Shown in pieces: positions 51,962 to 64,000 of a DNA stretch of 64,000 nucleotides; position 1 is the first letter of the stretch, and each line of letters begins with the position of its first letter. The notes below the pieces were generated by a model. The model worked only from the letters and a program-made list of their open reading frames with translations, did no database searches and had not been told where the DNA came from. A program made the position numbers and the translations under genes. Origin of the DNA: Octopus vulgaris (taxonomy: Eukaryota); NCBI GenBank assembly GCA_951406725.2, contig OX597817.1, positions 141,670,001 to 141,734,000 of the forward strand, written 5' to 3'.

Positions 51962-53391
51962 TTGCTGTATTTGTTTTCGATGCTACGTTTATATATTATT
52001 TTATTTCTATTATTGCAAACCTGACCTCGAATTGTTCACGTGAGATCTGCATCTAAGTTTCCGGTTGCCAGTCTGTGAATAGCGACGCAATCACTCACGT
52101 ACACGTGTATATAGAGATACTAATATATTGATTTTATATAGATACATGTTTGAATGTATATTTGTCTGTGTGTTAATGGTGAAAAAAAAAAAATTTTTAA
52201 TCCGTGAATATAGAGACGTGTGTTTGATCTATACTCAATGATATATATTTATTTATTGTAGCGATATGTGCTTAATTTTGTCTTTCAACATTAAAGGAAG
52301 TATATATTGAAAACAGTGAAACAATTATTGTGAAATTAATTTCAATTTGACATTTAACAATACTCCCGAAATATGTTAAGCTATTGTTAGGATCTATTGT
52401 ATGAAGAAGAAATATCAAAAGAAGCCATTTTGAATTGCCAAAATGAAAGGGAAAAATTATAGAAAAGTGTCGAAATAGATCATTGTGGGGCCAAAGTACC
52501 ACAGAACATAAAGATAAATTAGTCACAGATTAACAACAATTTGACATTTTAATGGAACCATTGTCATATTCTTCCGACTGCAGTTATTTGAATGTACAAT
52601 TTACTGTGTATCCGTCTCTCCTATATTACGCGTCCCAATTAATCTGTATTTATCTGGAAAATGTATACTTAAGAATTAAAATGAAGTAAGAACAATATGG
52701 TGCTGTTAGGAGCTTTACTTGACAGCTAAAAATAACAAGGAAATCTCACTCGAACGTCACCCTCTCTTGTCACGTATAAAATGAAGCTAATGATTACGGG
52801 ATGGACGTATGTTCGAATATCTATGGTTACATGCTAGTTCGGTCGATCTAGTGGGCAATACATCACAACAGTGAGGAGGGCCGGTGTGTTTTAAAGCTCC
52901 GAAGAGGAAGGACGCGAAATGAGGCGACAACGGTGAATCCTATACTTACCAATGAAAATAAACGAGAAAAGTATGGAACTGCTACGTGGTTTATCGGCCT
53001 GTTAGCATCACCCTCGAATCTCATTCTAATTTTTAAAGGAAGATCCTGAGATGAAGGACATACGTTCGAATACTAACCAGTCGATCCTGTAGGTAGGGTC
53101 TTACATCAGAAGAGGACCAGTCTGCTTGAAGCCGCCCAGAAGAAGGCTCCGAAAGAGAGCGCATTCTCTCCTGACGAGCTCCTGAAGTTTGCTTGTGTCA
53201 AGCGTTCAGAGCTTTGGATGCTCTTTTTCCAACTGTAGTTATTTAAATTTACTACTTAATGTTTGTCCATACAAGTCCGCTGTAATACAGATCCTACTTA
53301 ATCTTTATTATATATATAAAGAAGGCAGAAGATGGAGAAATATCGATGAACACCATTTGACTTCATCAATTATTATTTATTAATTCAATAC

Positions 53392-53735
53392 GTGAAGGCG
53401 CATGGCTCAGTGGTTAGAGCGTCGAGCTTACGATCGTGAGGTTGTGAGCTCGAATCCCGGACGGGGATGTGTGTTGTGTTCTTGAGCAAGGCACTTTATT
53501 TCACGTTGCTCCAGTTCACTCAGCTGTAGAAATGAGTTGCGACGTCACAGGTGCCAAGCTGTATCGGCCCTTGCCTTTCCCTTGGACAACATCGGTGACG
53601 TGGAGAGGGGAGGCCGGTATGCATGGGCGACTGCTGGTCTTCCATAAAACAACCTTGCCCAGACTTGTGCCTCAGAGGGTATCTCTCTAGGTGCAAACCC
53701 ATGGTCAGTGCCTGACCGAAGGGGGTCTTTACCCT
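53392..53735 (+). mobile_element. SINE family C, full length, 12-bp TSD, nested in a PLE-terminus fragment
   Basis: ttaattcaatac at 53380-53391 and 53736-53747; A-box TGGCTCAGTGG, B-box-like GCTCGAATCC; the host fragment carries GAAAC-AGCU-GUU on the minus strand at ~53765-53779. Confidence 0.92.
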
Positions 53736-53839
53736 TTAATTCAATACAAATAGGCTGCATCCCATCTAACAGCTGTTTCTGTTGTGTAATGGACACTTCC
53801 ATACCTTAGACAGTTATTGTAACCACTAACTCAGCTAAC

Positions 53840-53901
<62 letters not shown>

Positions 53902-56900
53902 GTTCAACCAGATCAGCAAGAGTCATTGTTGTATCGCCTGACCGATACCAGGATTAGTTATTTCTATGAAAAATAAAAATCATTAACTTGTACAACCTTG
54001 CACTGTATCACAATTATTGAATTAGGTTGTTTAAACCTTTGGAACAATCCAGGGCCTCTGCAACTTGCATAGTTTGTTTGTAGCCTTATTAGTATTTCTG
54101 TCATGAAAGAACCATTGGCTGAAACTATGCACCAACGCAGAATTTACTCGAAATACGAAACAATGCATTCGTAATGTTATATCCGATATAACTTAAAGGG
54201 TCAATACGATTACAAACCACGGACTCCCTCATGCGTTACAATAATGAAATTACACCAGGAGCGGTTTATTCATTGGCATCGAAGATTTTCTGGTTATCCA
54301 CAAAACTCAGCTGCTAAAAGGTTTTAAGTAACTTTCGCAAATCCCAGACAACCATCGTAGAATGGATCGATAAGAACACCTTGCAACTGATTGAAAAAGT
54401 TTCAGTGCTTAAGAAACTACGCCAACAAATATATTAAAACGCTATTTCATCCATTTTCCAATTTCCATAAATTCTTCGATAAGTTCCACATCACTCTCAC
54501 GTGTTCCGCTCATGACTCTCATATTGAAGTCCTCCATATGAATGTGATCCCATGAAGACTATAGATTCTGGATGTATGCATTCTACCGAGTTATTTACCC
54601 TACATCGAGTTGAATGCAATCGATGTATTATCCTGCACACAAGTGATATCATGTCAAATCACTTTGAACAAATATTGCTTCCACTTCAGAGTTTGCGAAA
54701 TCTAACTGTCTCTAGTGACTGCAAGTTTAATTAAGCATAATGTGTAATATATTATATCTCATCCAGGCGACAGATAAGAGGGCCAGTCATTGTATATATG
54801 GCAGAAAAGAAATGAAGAAGCCTGGCTTGAGAGGTGAAGACCGCGAAATGGACCTGAGGTCGAATACTAGTCAGTCGAAACAGTACGTGGGTCTTATATC
54901 AGTGACGGGGATGGAGCGGTGCGCTGTAAAGCCGTCGAGAGGAAGACCCGAAACGGTGCGTATTCTCTCCCGATGACTCCTGAAATATTCTGATATCCAG
55001 TATTCGACTGACTGTACTTGCACAAACAAGCACTTTCCAAATCTCTATATACGTTGTTCTAGCAGCATGTTTGATGTATTGTTCAAAGTTGTTAAGAGAA
55101 CACCCTTGACACCTTTTGAGAAGATCGGGAGAAACAGACAACGTCTTCTTCATGCGGACAATTTGGTTACAATACAGTCAGCAATCTGCTGATATCTCGC
55201 AAGGATCGTGTGGTGATGTTAAACATATGACTGACGTAATCATTCGGAAAAGGAGTTGCTGTTTCATTGATGAAGGTAGCATTGGTTCAGATTATATATG
55301 ATATCTATAGTCGCTTACCTTTATAAACATCTTCATTGGGTAATCACTATCGCTGAGAGCGCAGCTGACTTTTTGCAATGAAATATAAATAGTTATTCCT
55401 AAATTAACTGAGCACGGTAGCAGCCTTAAATTTGACCGGCTAACAGTGGTTGTTGGACTCTAAGCTGGCTTTTAACCAATTCGTCCTGAGGTTTTGCTCA
55501 ATGTAGGCATTCGCCAGATACTAACACAAAACCAGAGTTATGAAGATAAAACGAAAGGCTGAAATCAGAAATGATCCTGTAATATTAAGCCATTTACCAA
55601 ATCCGATTTATAGGGAATTAATGTTGTAATTCAGTTACAAATGTTATCTATCTGAAACGATAATAATTCCTTTTAATGTTTTCTTCGAGCAATTTATAAT
55701 AGATTCGTCTCGATTTTGAACGAATTAGGAAGTGATCAAGATTGGTGGTACAAGTGAGTTCAAAATTTCATACACACGTGTGCGCGCGTGCGCGGATCGC
55801 ATAAAAAACTTGTTTGCATGTATTTATATGTAAAGAAGAGGCGTGCTGGCAGAAACGTTAGCACGCCGGGCGAAATGCTTAGTGGTATTTCGTCCACAGC
55901 TACGTTCTGAGTTCAAATTCCACCGACGTCGACTTTGCCTTTCATCCTTTCGGGGTCGATTAAATAAGTACCAGTTACGCACTGGGCTCGATGTAATCGA
56001 CTTAATACCCTTGTCTTTGTTTGTTCCCCCTATGTTTAGCCCCCTGTGGGCAATAAACAAATATATATGAAAAGAAGAGAAATGAAGACGAAAATGCGGG
56101 CGTGTCCACAATTAAGAAATTTTGAAGATCATGAAAATTGTGAAACCGGTTAATTAAATGTATATCGATATATACAAATACGTATATAAGTGTATGTAAA
56201 GACATATACATAATTGTCATTCATAGCCGTCTTAACTTGCTGGTGAGACGTTATTTCTCTATGACAGAGTTTATCGTTTGTCCCGTGGCAATTATTAAAA
56301 ATAAATGGTTAATTCACATATTACTGTATATATCAGTTGTTGTTACGACTATACTAAGAAAACATTCCGTTGAACCTTTGAAGATATAAAGAACAATCTC
56401 CCGATTCTTGTTAGTACAGAGATGAGTATGAAGAATATTACTGAAGTGAAATAGAGACAGATGGAGGGAAAGAGCTAAAGGAAGAGACAGAGGGAGAGGA
56501 TGGGGAAAAGATATCTGAAAAGATATCTGAACGAATCGGTAATTTATATTCTTGATACTATTTTACTATGAATAATAATTAATTACCAGAATAATATAAT
56601 GGTTTAGAATACTTCACGGAAAATTCTATGAATTGGATTGGCTTCTAAGACAAAGAAATTGAACAAGAATCTCTGTTGAAATCCAGTTACTGATTCGGAA
56701 CTAGAATTAAAGGGAAGCTTGTCTTTTGCAATTTATCTTTCACACATACGTTGCATCATGTAGTTACAATGTCTTCCTGGAGATTTAATGATGAATATTT
56801 CATTACGTTTGTGTATTTCAATTAGGAGTCTTGTTTAATTGGAAGCCATAGAGGAATAGATAAAATAACCGATCGTGTATGTATGTGTATATACATACAT

Positions 56901-56998
56901 ACATACACACATCTGTACATGTATGATGTACATATGTAAATATATATGTGTGTGAGAGTGTGTGCATATATACAGGTACATAAGCATGTTTGCGTGTA

Positions 56999-57054
<56 letters not shown>

Positions 57055-58768
57055 TATATGTATATCTATGTCGTGGGAGTGAGATATATTAAAACTTATT
57101 AAAAATCGTCTAATTAATATTAAATGGAACAGAAATATACAGTTATTTAAACACGTTATGCATTTATTCTAAGCAAAAAAAACGTTCTCTTAATTTTATC
57201 TCAGGTAATTTCCAGGTAATGCACACCATTTCAATCAATTCAATACACTACTCGTATATACATTCATATAGTGCGATTTACTTAAAAAATTTTTTTTTAT
57301 ATTTTGTTGTTTATTTTTTTATCCCATATGGTTATTTCAGCTAATATTCGTGAGATATCCAACTAGAGGTCGTCCAATATGCTATCTACGTACGAAAGAA
57401 TTAAATATTTTTTAAAGTTTAACAATATTTGTATAAGAAGGTTCGTGCATAACACCAAGATTGACATATGGTTTTGTGTGCGTGTATGTGTGTGTGCGAG
57501 CGTGCGTGCGTGCGTGTGTGTGTGTGTTTACGAAATACAAATATACATCGTAGAAACATTATATGTTATATAACTCAATACGATGATATAAAGGTTATAG
57601 TTACTTTTATAATATTCTTTCTAGAAACGTTAGCCCGCCGAGCGAAATGCGTAGCCGTGTTTCGTCTGCCGTTACGTTCTGAGTTCAAATTCCGCCGAGG
57701 TAGACTTTGCCTTTCAGCTTTTCGGGGTCGATTAAATAAGTACCAGTTTCGCACAGGGGTCGATATAATCGACTTAATCCGTTTGTCTGTCCTTGTTTGT
57801 CCCCTCTGTGTGTAGCCCCTTGTGGGTAGTAAAGAAATAGGTATTACGTCTGTCTACGTTCTAAGTTCAAATTTCACCGAAATCGACATTCATCCTTTCG
57901 GGATCGATAAATTAAGTACCAGTTTCTTACTGGGGTCAATCTAATCGACTGGCCCCCACCTCTAAAAATATCGGGCCTTGTGGCTAGAGTAGAAAAGAAT
58001 TGTTTTTCTACTATTAGCACATTGCCTGGAAATTGGGAGGAAGCGTAAATCGATTACATAGACGCTGTTGCTCAACTAGTACTGATCAGCTGGTAATTAT
58101 CGACCCCGAAAGAATGACATGCAAAGTCGACCTCGGCGGAATATGAACCCATAATGTAAAGTTGTCAGCAAATTTTGAATGTTGACGTGGACTGGTCAGT
58201 TTATACATGTTCGGTCGGATAAAATCTTTGCGTTTTATGTGAAGTGTTGACCTTATATGTCTTTGTGAGTGGGGTGATAAATGTCTTTAGGAATTCATTC
58301 AAAGATGTAGGGATTGAACTAGAAAGTTATTGCTTAGGTGTGTGTGAGTGTGTGTGTTAGTATTGGTCGGTGAAGATACTCCTGCTCTGTTCTAACATGT
58401 TACATTAAATTCAGATTTAACTGACAGGAGGGGAAAGATATTTGTTATGGTTCAATTAACAGGGCTTCCTTGATATTCTTAGAGATAATTTAAACTCGGT
58501 GAGACAGGATGTTGTTCCCTTTCAGAAAACAAATACCCTAACCCTAACACTAGTTAAGGAGAGCAATTTTTATTTTGGAGAAATCGGGCTCAATTTTCTC
58601 AAATCTTTATACGAGGATATATAAAATAATATATACAAACAATTAATTTTCTGATTCACCACTCTGTCTAAACTATTTTTTTTCATATAATAAACAACTT
58701 CTCTATACAGACTCACACATAAGCATGTCTACATATATCCATGTACATCCACACTCACACAGACACAG

Positions 58769-58810
<42 letters not shown>

Positions 58811-59287
58811 TCACACACATATATATACACTTACATACGCATAAAAAAGGTGCACTCTGTCGGTTAAGGCATCGATGGTCCCAGCTGATGCTATCAACCG
58901 AACAGCTTGCTTGTAAGATTAACGTGCAAGTGGCTGAGCACTCCACAGGCACGACTACACCTTTTTAAATATTTCCCAGGGCCATTCAGCGTGACACAGA
59001 GTGTGACAAGACTGGCCCTTTTTGAAATACAGGTACTACTCATTTTTGCCAGCTGAGTGGACTGGAGCAACGTGAAGTAAAGCGTTTTGCTCAAGGATAC
59101 ATGCGTCGCCGCGAATTGAACTCAAGACCTTACAATCGTGAGCCGAATGCTCCTAGCCACTAAGCCAAGCGCCTTCACCACATACGCATATATGTATGTA
59201 GAACTATCTATGTATCTACATGTGTGTGTGTGCCTTTGTATGCATGCATGTATCTTTTGTGTGCGCATGAGTGTATGTATAAATGGA

Positions 59288-59506
59288 TTGATAGATAGAT
59301 AGATAGATAGACAGACAGATAGATAGATAGATAGGTAGATATAGAGACAAATAGATTTAGAGATAGATAGGTAGACAGATAGATAGACAGACAGATAGAT
59401 AGATTGATAGATAGATAGATAGATAGACAGATAGACTGACAGACAGACAGACAGACAGACAGATAGATAGATAGACAGATAGATAGGTAGACAGACAGAC
59501 AGATAG

Positions 59507-59537
<31 letters not shown>

Positions 59538-59539
59538 GG

Positions 59540-59595
<56 letters not shown>

Positions 59596-59660
59596 TAGAC
59601 AGACAGACAGACAGGCAGACAGATAGATAGATAGACAGATAGATAGATAGACAGACAGAC

Positions 59661-59722
<62 letters not shown>
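59288..59722. repeat. (GATA)n/(GACA)n compound microsatellite
   Basis: Direct reading. Confidence 0.97.
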
Positions 59723-59723
<1 letters not shown>

Positions 59724-61003
59724 ATTCTTATTACAACTGTTTGATTCATCTCCATGCGACTTAACATTCTTACGGAAGCCAAGCTTGTTCAGGCTCAAGT
59801 TACCGAACCTGAAAACCCAATAAACCGGGCCTGAATGAACTAGGTTTTTGCAGGAGCTGCTTATATTATGAAATAATAACCATATGTGCAGCTCCTACCA
59901 AATGTATGCAATACCTATTTTCCTTCGTTTATCAAATCAACGAACGAGTGTGCATATTTTCTCTATTTCTTACAGATGAAAATTAAATTGTGCGCAATAC
60001 ACGTAACCTGCTGTAAATGACACCCACTCCTACAAAGTTACAAACTGGATATTATCATCAAAGATCGAGTGTTTTCTTTGACTAGACACGTAATATGTTA
60101 CTCTGTAGAATTACTACTTATCATCAATACAGATAATTAACGTTGAATAATCTCTCAGGGCAAAATTAAAGCAGATCATCCCACTGTCTTCTATTTCTGC
60201 AATCCGAGGCTTTGTAACTAACATCAAATATCTATTGAGATGCTGACGTTTGCAGGGAGGAGTCTGTAGACTCTCAATTAACGTCGGTTTTATATCTTTT
60301 ATATTATCCTCACCAGATAAATGGAAGTTCGTATGATTTAAATCGCGAAAATAGAAGCGCGATGTAATTAATAAATTAATTAGTTCGGATTTCTTACAGC
60401 TTAATCATTTCCATTCGTAATTAGTTTTCAAATAATCGTTCTTGTCAGGGATTTTTATGCTTTCCCAGGTTTTCTCGAACAAGTTTTCTCTACAAATAGA
60501 GAATTGAATTCTCGGCACCATCGAGTAATTATTTCATATTCAGCATAGACGAGTTCGAATCCCGACGCTATCGATTGTGCTTTCCATCACAACGGGGACG
60601 ACAGAAATAATACTAGCCATATAATGGGGGTATTCTAATTACTTAAATATACTCCACTTGAAATGCCTTGCTGCGCACTAATGTCAGAGCCGAGCATAAT
60701 CGCAGGCCTGTCTGTGTGGTGAGTTTTAGCTTCTCAGCCACATGGTTCCGGGTTCAGTCCCACTGCGTGACACATTTAGAGAATGTCTTCTGCTATAGCG
60801 TCGGGCCTTTTGAGTCGATTTGATAGACGGAGTCTGAAAGAAACTGATCGTATGTATATGTGTGTGTGCGTGCATTTATGTTTGTGTATCTGTGTGTCTG
60901 TGTGTATGCGTATGTGTATGTATGTATGTATGTATATCTCTTCTATGTTTTAATTATAAACCTTCCACTAAGGGGAGAGCCAGATGCATGTGCATGTCTT
61001 TCT

Positions 61004-61225
61004 GTTGTAAATCCATTTTTTAGGCATGATGGTATACATGCAATATTCCAATATTCTATGAGTAAAGTTCAAAAGTCCAACAGAGTTTAAAATGAGTCCA
61101 TCCAAATATAGAGGTTATAAGCAATATATGGACCCATTTTAAACTCTATTGGACTTTTGGACTTTACTCATAGGATATTGGAATATTGCATATATACCAT
61201 TATGCCTAAAAAATGGATTTACAAC
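61004..61225. repeat. Palindrome (~97-bp arms) immediately upstream of a hammerhead
   Basis: gttgtaaatccattttttaggcat...atgcctaaaaaatggatttacaac; the arm mismatches are transitions. Confidence 0.93.
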
Positions 61226-61327
61226 TTCAATATCCATACATATCTTGCATCTGTTCTCTTTCCTCCACCTCACTCTCTATTTTGTATCACATCTAAACTA
61301 ACTATGGTTTAACTGTCCTCTCGCACT

Positions 61328-61379
61328 GTCTCCGATGAAGGGATATAATTAATAAATATCCTAGAAACAGCTGTAAGAC
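61328..61379 (+). ncRNA. Type I hammerhead (U4C variant)
   Basis: GUCU-CCGAUGA-AG-GGAUAU-loop-AUAUCC-UA-GAAAC-AGCU-GUA-AGAC; palindromic stem III ACAGCUGU. Confidence 0.78.
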
Positions 61380-61582
61380 CTTCTATCTATAAATACTCTA
61401 ATATCTACACAACTTTGTTTTTTTTTTCTTATTACGCAAAAAATTCTTATATACACACGCTGACATAGAACGAAATTTGAACCATTTATTCGCAATATTA
61501 CCGAATCTGAAACTTAACTATGGTCCGTCTATAGCACTTATTCAGCATTACCTGACACCTTTGGGGCTCAATGACACCATTA

Positions 61583-61682
<100 letters not shown>

Positions 61683-61690
61683 GTGTGTGT

Positions 61691-61778
<88 letters not shown>

Positions 61779-63651
61779 ATATATATTTATATATATACAC
61801 ATGAAGAATAATGCTATGCAACTTCGTAATAATTCTTATTATTATTGTTGATATATATGTGTGTGTGTGTCTGTGTGTGTACGGATTTATGTATGTATAT
61901 GTGTATGTATGTACCTTTGTATGTATATATGTCGGAAAAGTGTGAGAGAGAGAAATAAATAAATAGGTAGATATACAAAGAGTGACAGATAGGCAGACAG
62001 ACAGATTAGTTTAGATAAGTTGGTATATATTGCCTTTGTTATACGTTAATTCATTATTACTGTTTGGACAGCATATACATGAACAGTCCTCTATATAATC
62101 CTGTAAACCTATTCCAATAATACTGATTTGTATTGTAAGAGTTGTTAGGCAATATAACGCATTATAACAATCAATTGCTTAAAAAGCAATTAATCGTGAT
62201 ATGTGAGGCAACATATCGAGCAATCAAGGGAAATTATACGGGTTTACACAACATGCTAGATATAACAACGAAATATTCTTGAAATTAAGGCAATCCAACA
62301 ATAATTATGAACCGGCTCAACACAGTTGATCATAGTCCTCTCTGACCGATTCAGGTTAAATTGTGGCTAATTGACAACAAAGAAACTTTAAATCACATAT
62401 TCTTAGACTCAATCGTCACCCATAAAGTGATGTATGTATGAAGTCAAGCAATCCTTTGAGCATAAAAATAATATTGGAAAGTTTCTGAGTCCAATAATGA
62501 CTATCATTCAATTTAGGGAAACTTATCAAATAATATTAGAGATATCTTCTGATATTTTACAATTCAGTGACAGTTTTCAAAATTATTATATTCATACAAT
62601 TATCCACGTTGGACCTGATTTCGTTAATCACTTGTAGCAGGAAAAATTTAAGAAACATGTTACAGAGGTTCAAAATTTGATGGGGTTTTTTTTCCAGTCA
62701 GTAAACAGGATTTGGAAGCTGACATTTTCAACGTGATAGTTGTCTTTCACAACATTATGACGTTAAACTTTTATTAAACAAAACGAAAGCAATATGTTTC
62801 GGCGACGTAAGTTGTAAGACCTTTGGAAGTTTTGATAAGTTTAAATGAAAAAAGTTGTGTGAAACGTTGGAACAGGCAATATAAAAAAGAACAATCCGTA
62901 AAATTACAACGAAAAACAAACTATTCGTTTAATTGCCAAAACAAGCTGTACGTTATACTACTGTAATAATAGTTCGGTTTATCTAAACAGCTAACACATT
63001 CTTTGAAGCAAGAATTCAAAACAAAAGCTGGGAGTTTCTCAAACAAATTACAATTTTCATATCCCCTGCACCAGACAAACTCGCAGAGATACGGGTCAAC
63101 CATAAACCGGTGAGTCCCACAATGTTGTTTATTCTATTACTTTGACATAGGCCCATATCTTCCACTTGTTGCCTGTGGATCTTCCACTAGGTGCGTTTAT
63201 TAACTCTTATGAGTTAATAAACTCAAAGATGTGGTTCATTGTTCTATGTCGAAAATTATAACTGTAGATATCAGGAATGTGAGAGTAGGCACCTACAAAT
63301 CACTAAAAGGTGTGGCTCCAGGAAGAACCGACTGACGTGTACATCATTCCCCCAGCGTGTCGCGATTCCGACATGTCACTAAATAAAGAAAAATATGTTC
63401 AGTATCGCGTCAAACTCCTCCACAGTCCTACTGATCAGGTAGCGAACACCCTTCTTCCGGCCTATTCCTGTCATGAGAAAACTGTTTTGTCCTATCTCAA
63501 CAGTCTTCTCAGGACGGCCTATCGGAACCGGGTGGCGGATCAGGTCATCCGTACATATTTCACAAAAATAGCTGTTTTAATCTTCTACTATAGCCCAGGG
63601 CAGACCATAGCCTTGTGAGTGGATTTTGTAGACGGAAACTGAAAGTCAGTC

Positions 63652-63692
<41 letters not shown>

Positions 63693-63864
63693 GTTTAAAT
63701 ATTTGTGCAAGATTTTTTATGTGAAGTCGTGTGTTGAAACAGATATTGTTATATTTCGGAATGGTCATATTGCCAGTTTAGCCAATAAAAACACACGCAC
63801 TATATATTTGGTGTTATTTTGCTTCAGTGATATTTATTTTTTACATTAATCTTAATCTTATTTC

Positions 63865-63909
63865 GGCCAAAGTTCTTTCGTCACACTCCTGTGACCGCAT
63901 CAGTGGTCC
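63865..63909 (-). ncRNA. Hammerhead-like motif in a PLE-terminus fragment starting at (TA)n ~63688
   Basis: Minus strand: CCA-CUGAUGC-G-GUCAC-aggagu-GUGAC-GAAA-G-aa-CUU-UGG; A9 not conserved. Confidence 0.5.
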
Positions 63910-64000
63910 TTTGTTTTCTTCTCACTTACTTGTGTCTCTCCTTACTAACCGTCAGCCATTTTGTATTTCTATTGTATGTCTTCATTTGCGCATGCTTATA

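Noticed and set aside
53395-53470. tRNA-like sequence with A and B boxes
   Set aside because: It is the head of a SINE: it continues into the SINE body, has a TSD and lacks a proper acceptor stem.
54000-54400. Faint Gypsy pol-like translation (…ITPGAVYS…)
   Set aside because: Too degenerate to support without a search.
63260-63560. Possible solo LTR and 102-aa GTG-start ORF
   Set aside because: No second LTR, TSD or clear primer-binding site; the ORF runs into a SINE.

Overview
AT-rich, microsatellite-laden animal genomic DNA, most likely Octopus or another coleoid cephalopod (inferred from the SINE families and repeat landscape). Nearly all ORFs in the track are microsatellite or repeat artefacts. 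Transposable elements dominate: a young 5'-truncated Neptune-type Penelope-like element (PLE) with an open RT + GIY-YIG ORF; a Naiad-type PLE with a 1.39-kb inverted pseudo-LTR; R4/Dong LINEs in (TAA)n; CR1 and RTE fragments; mariner and Tc1 relics; a Helitron-like element; and dozens of tRNA-derived SINEs. There is one candidate host gene start on the minus strand: MEF2 site + TATA + Inr near 48.05-48.1 kb and a Kozak ATG at 47607, giving either a 27-codon first exon or a 28-aa micropeptide. The most striking hidden layer is about ten minimal type I hammerhead-ribozyme motifs carried by short PLE-terminus fragments in (TA)n/(CA)n tracts. Several show U3-A8 or U4C core variants and palindromic stem III, and are associated with fold-back palindromes and templated copies of nearby DNA at their junctions.
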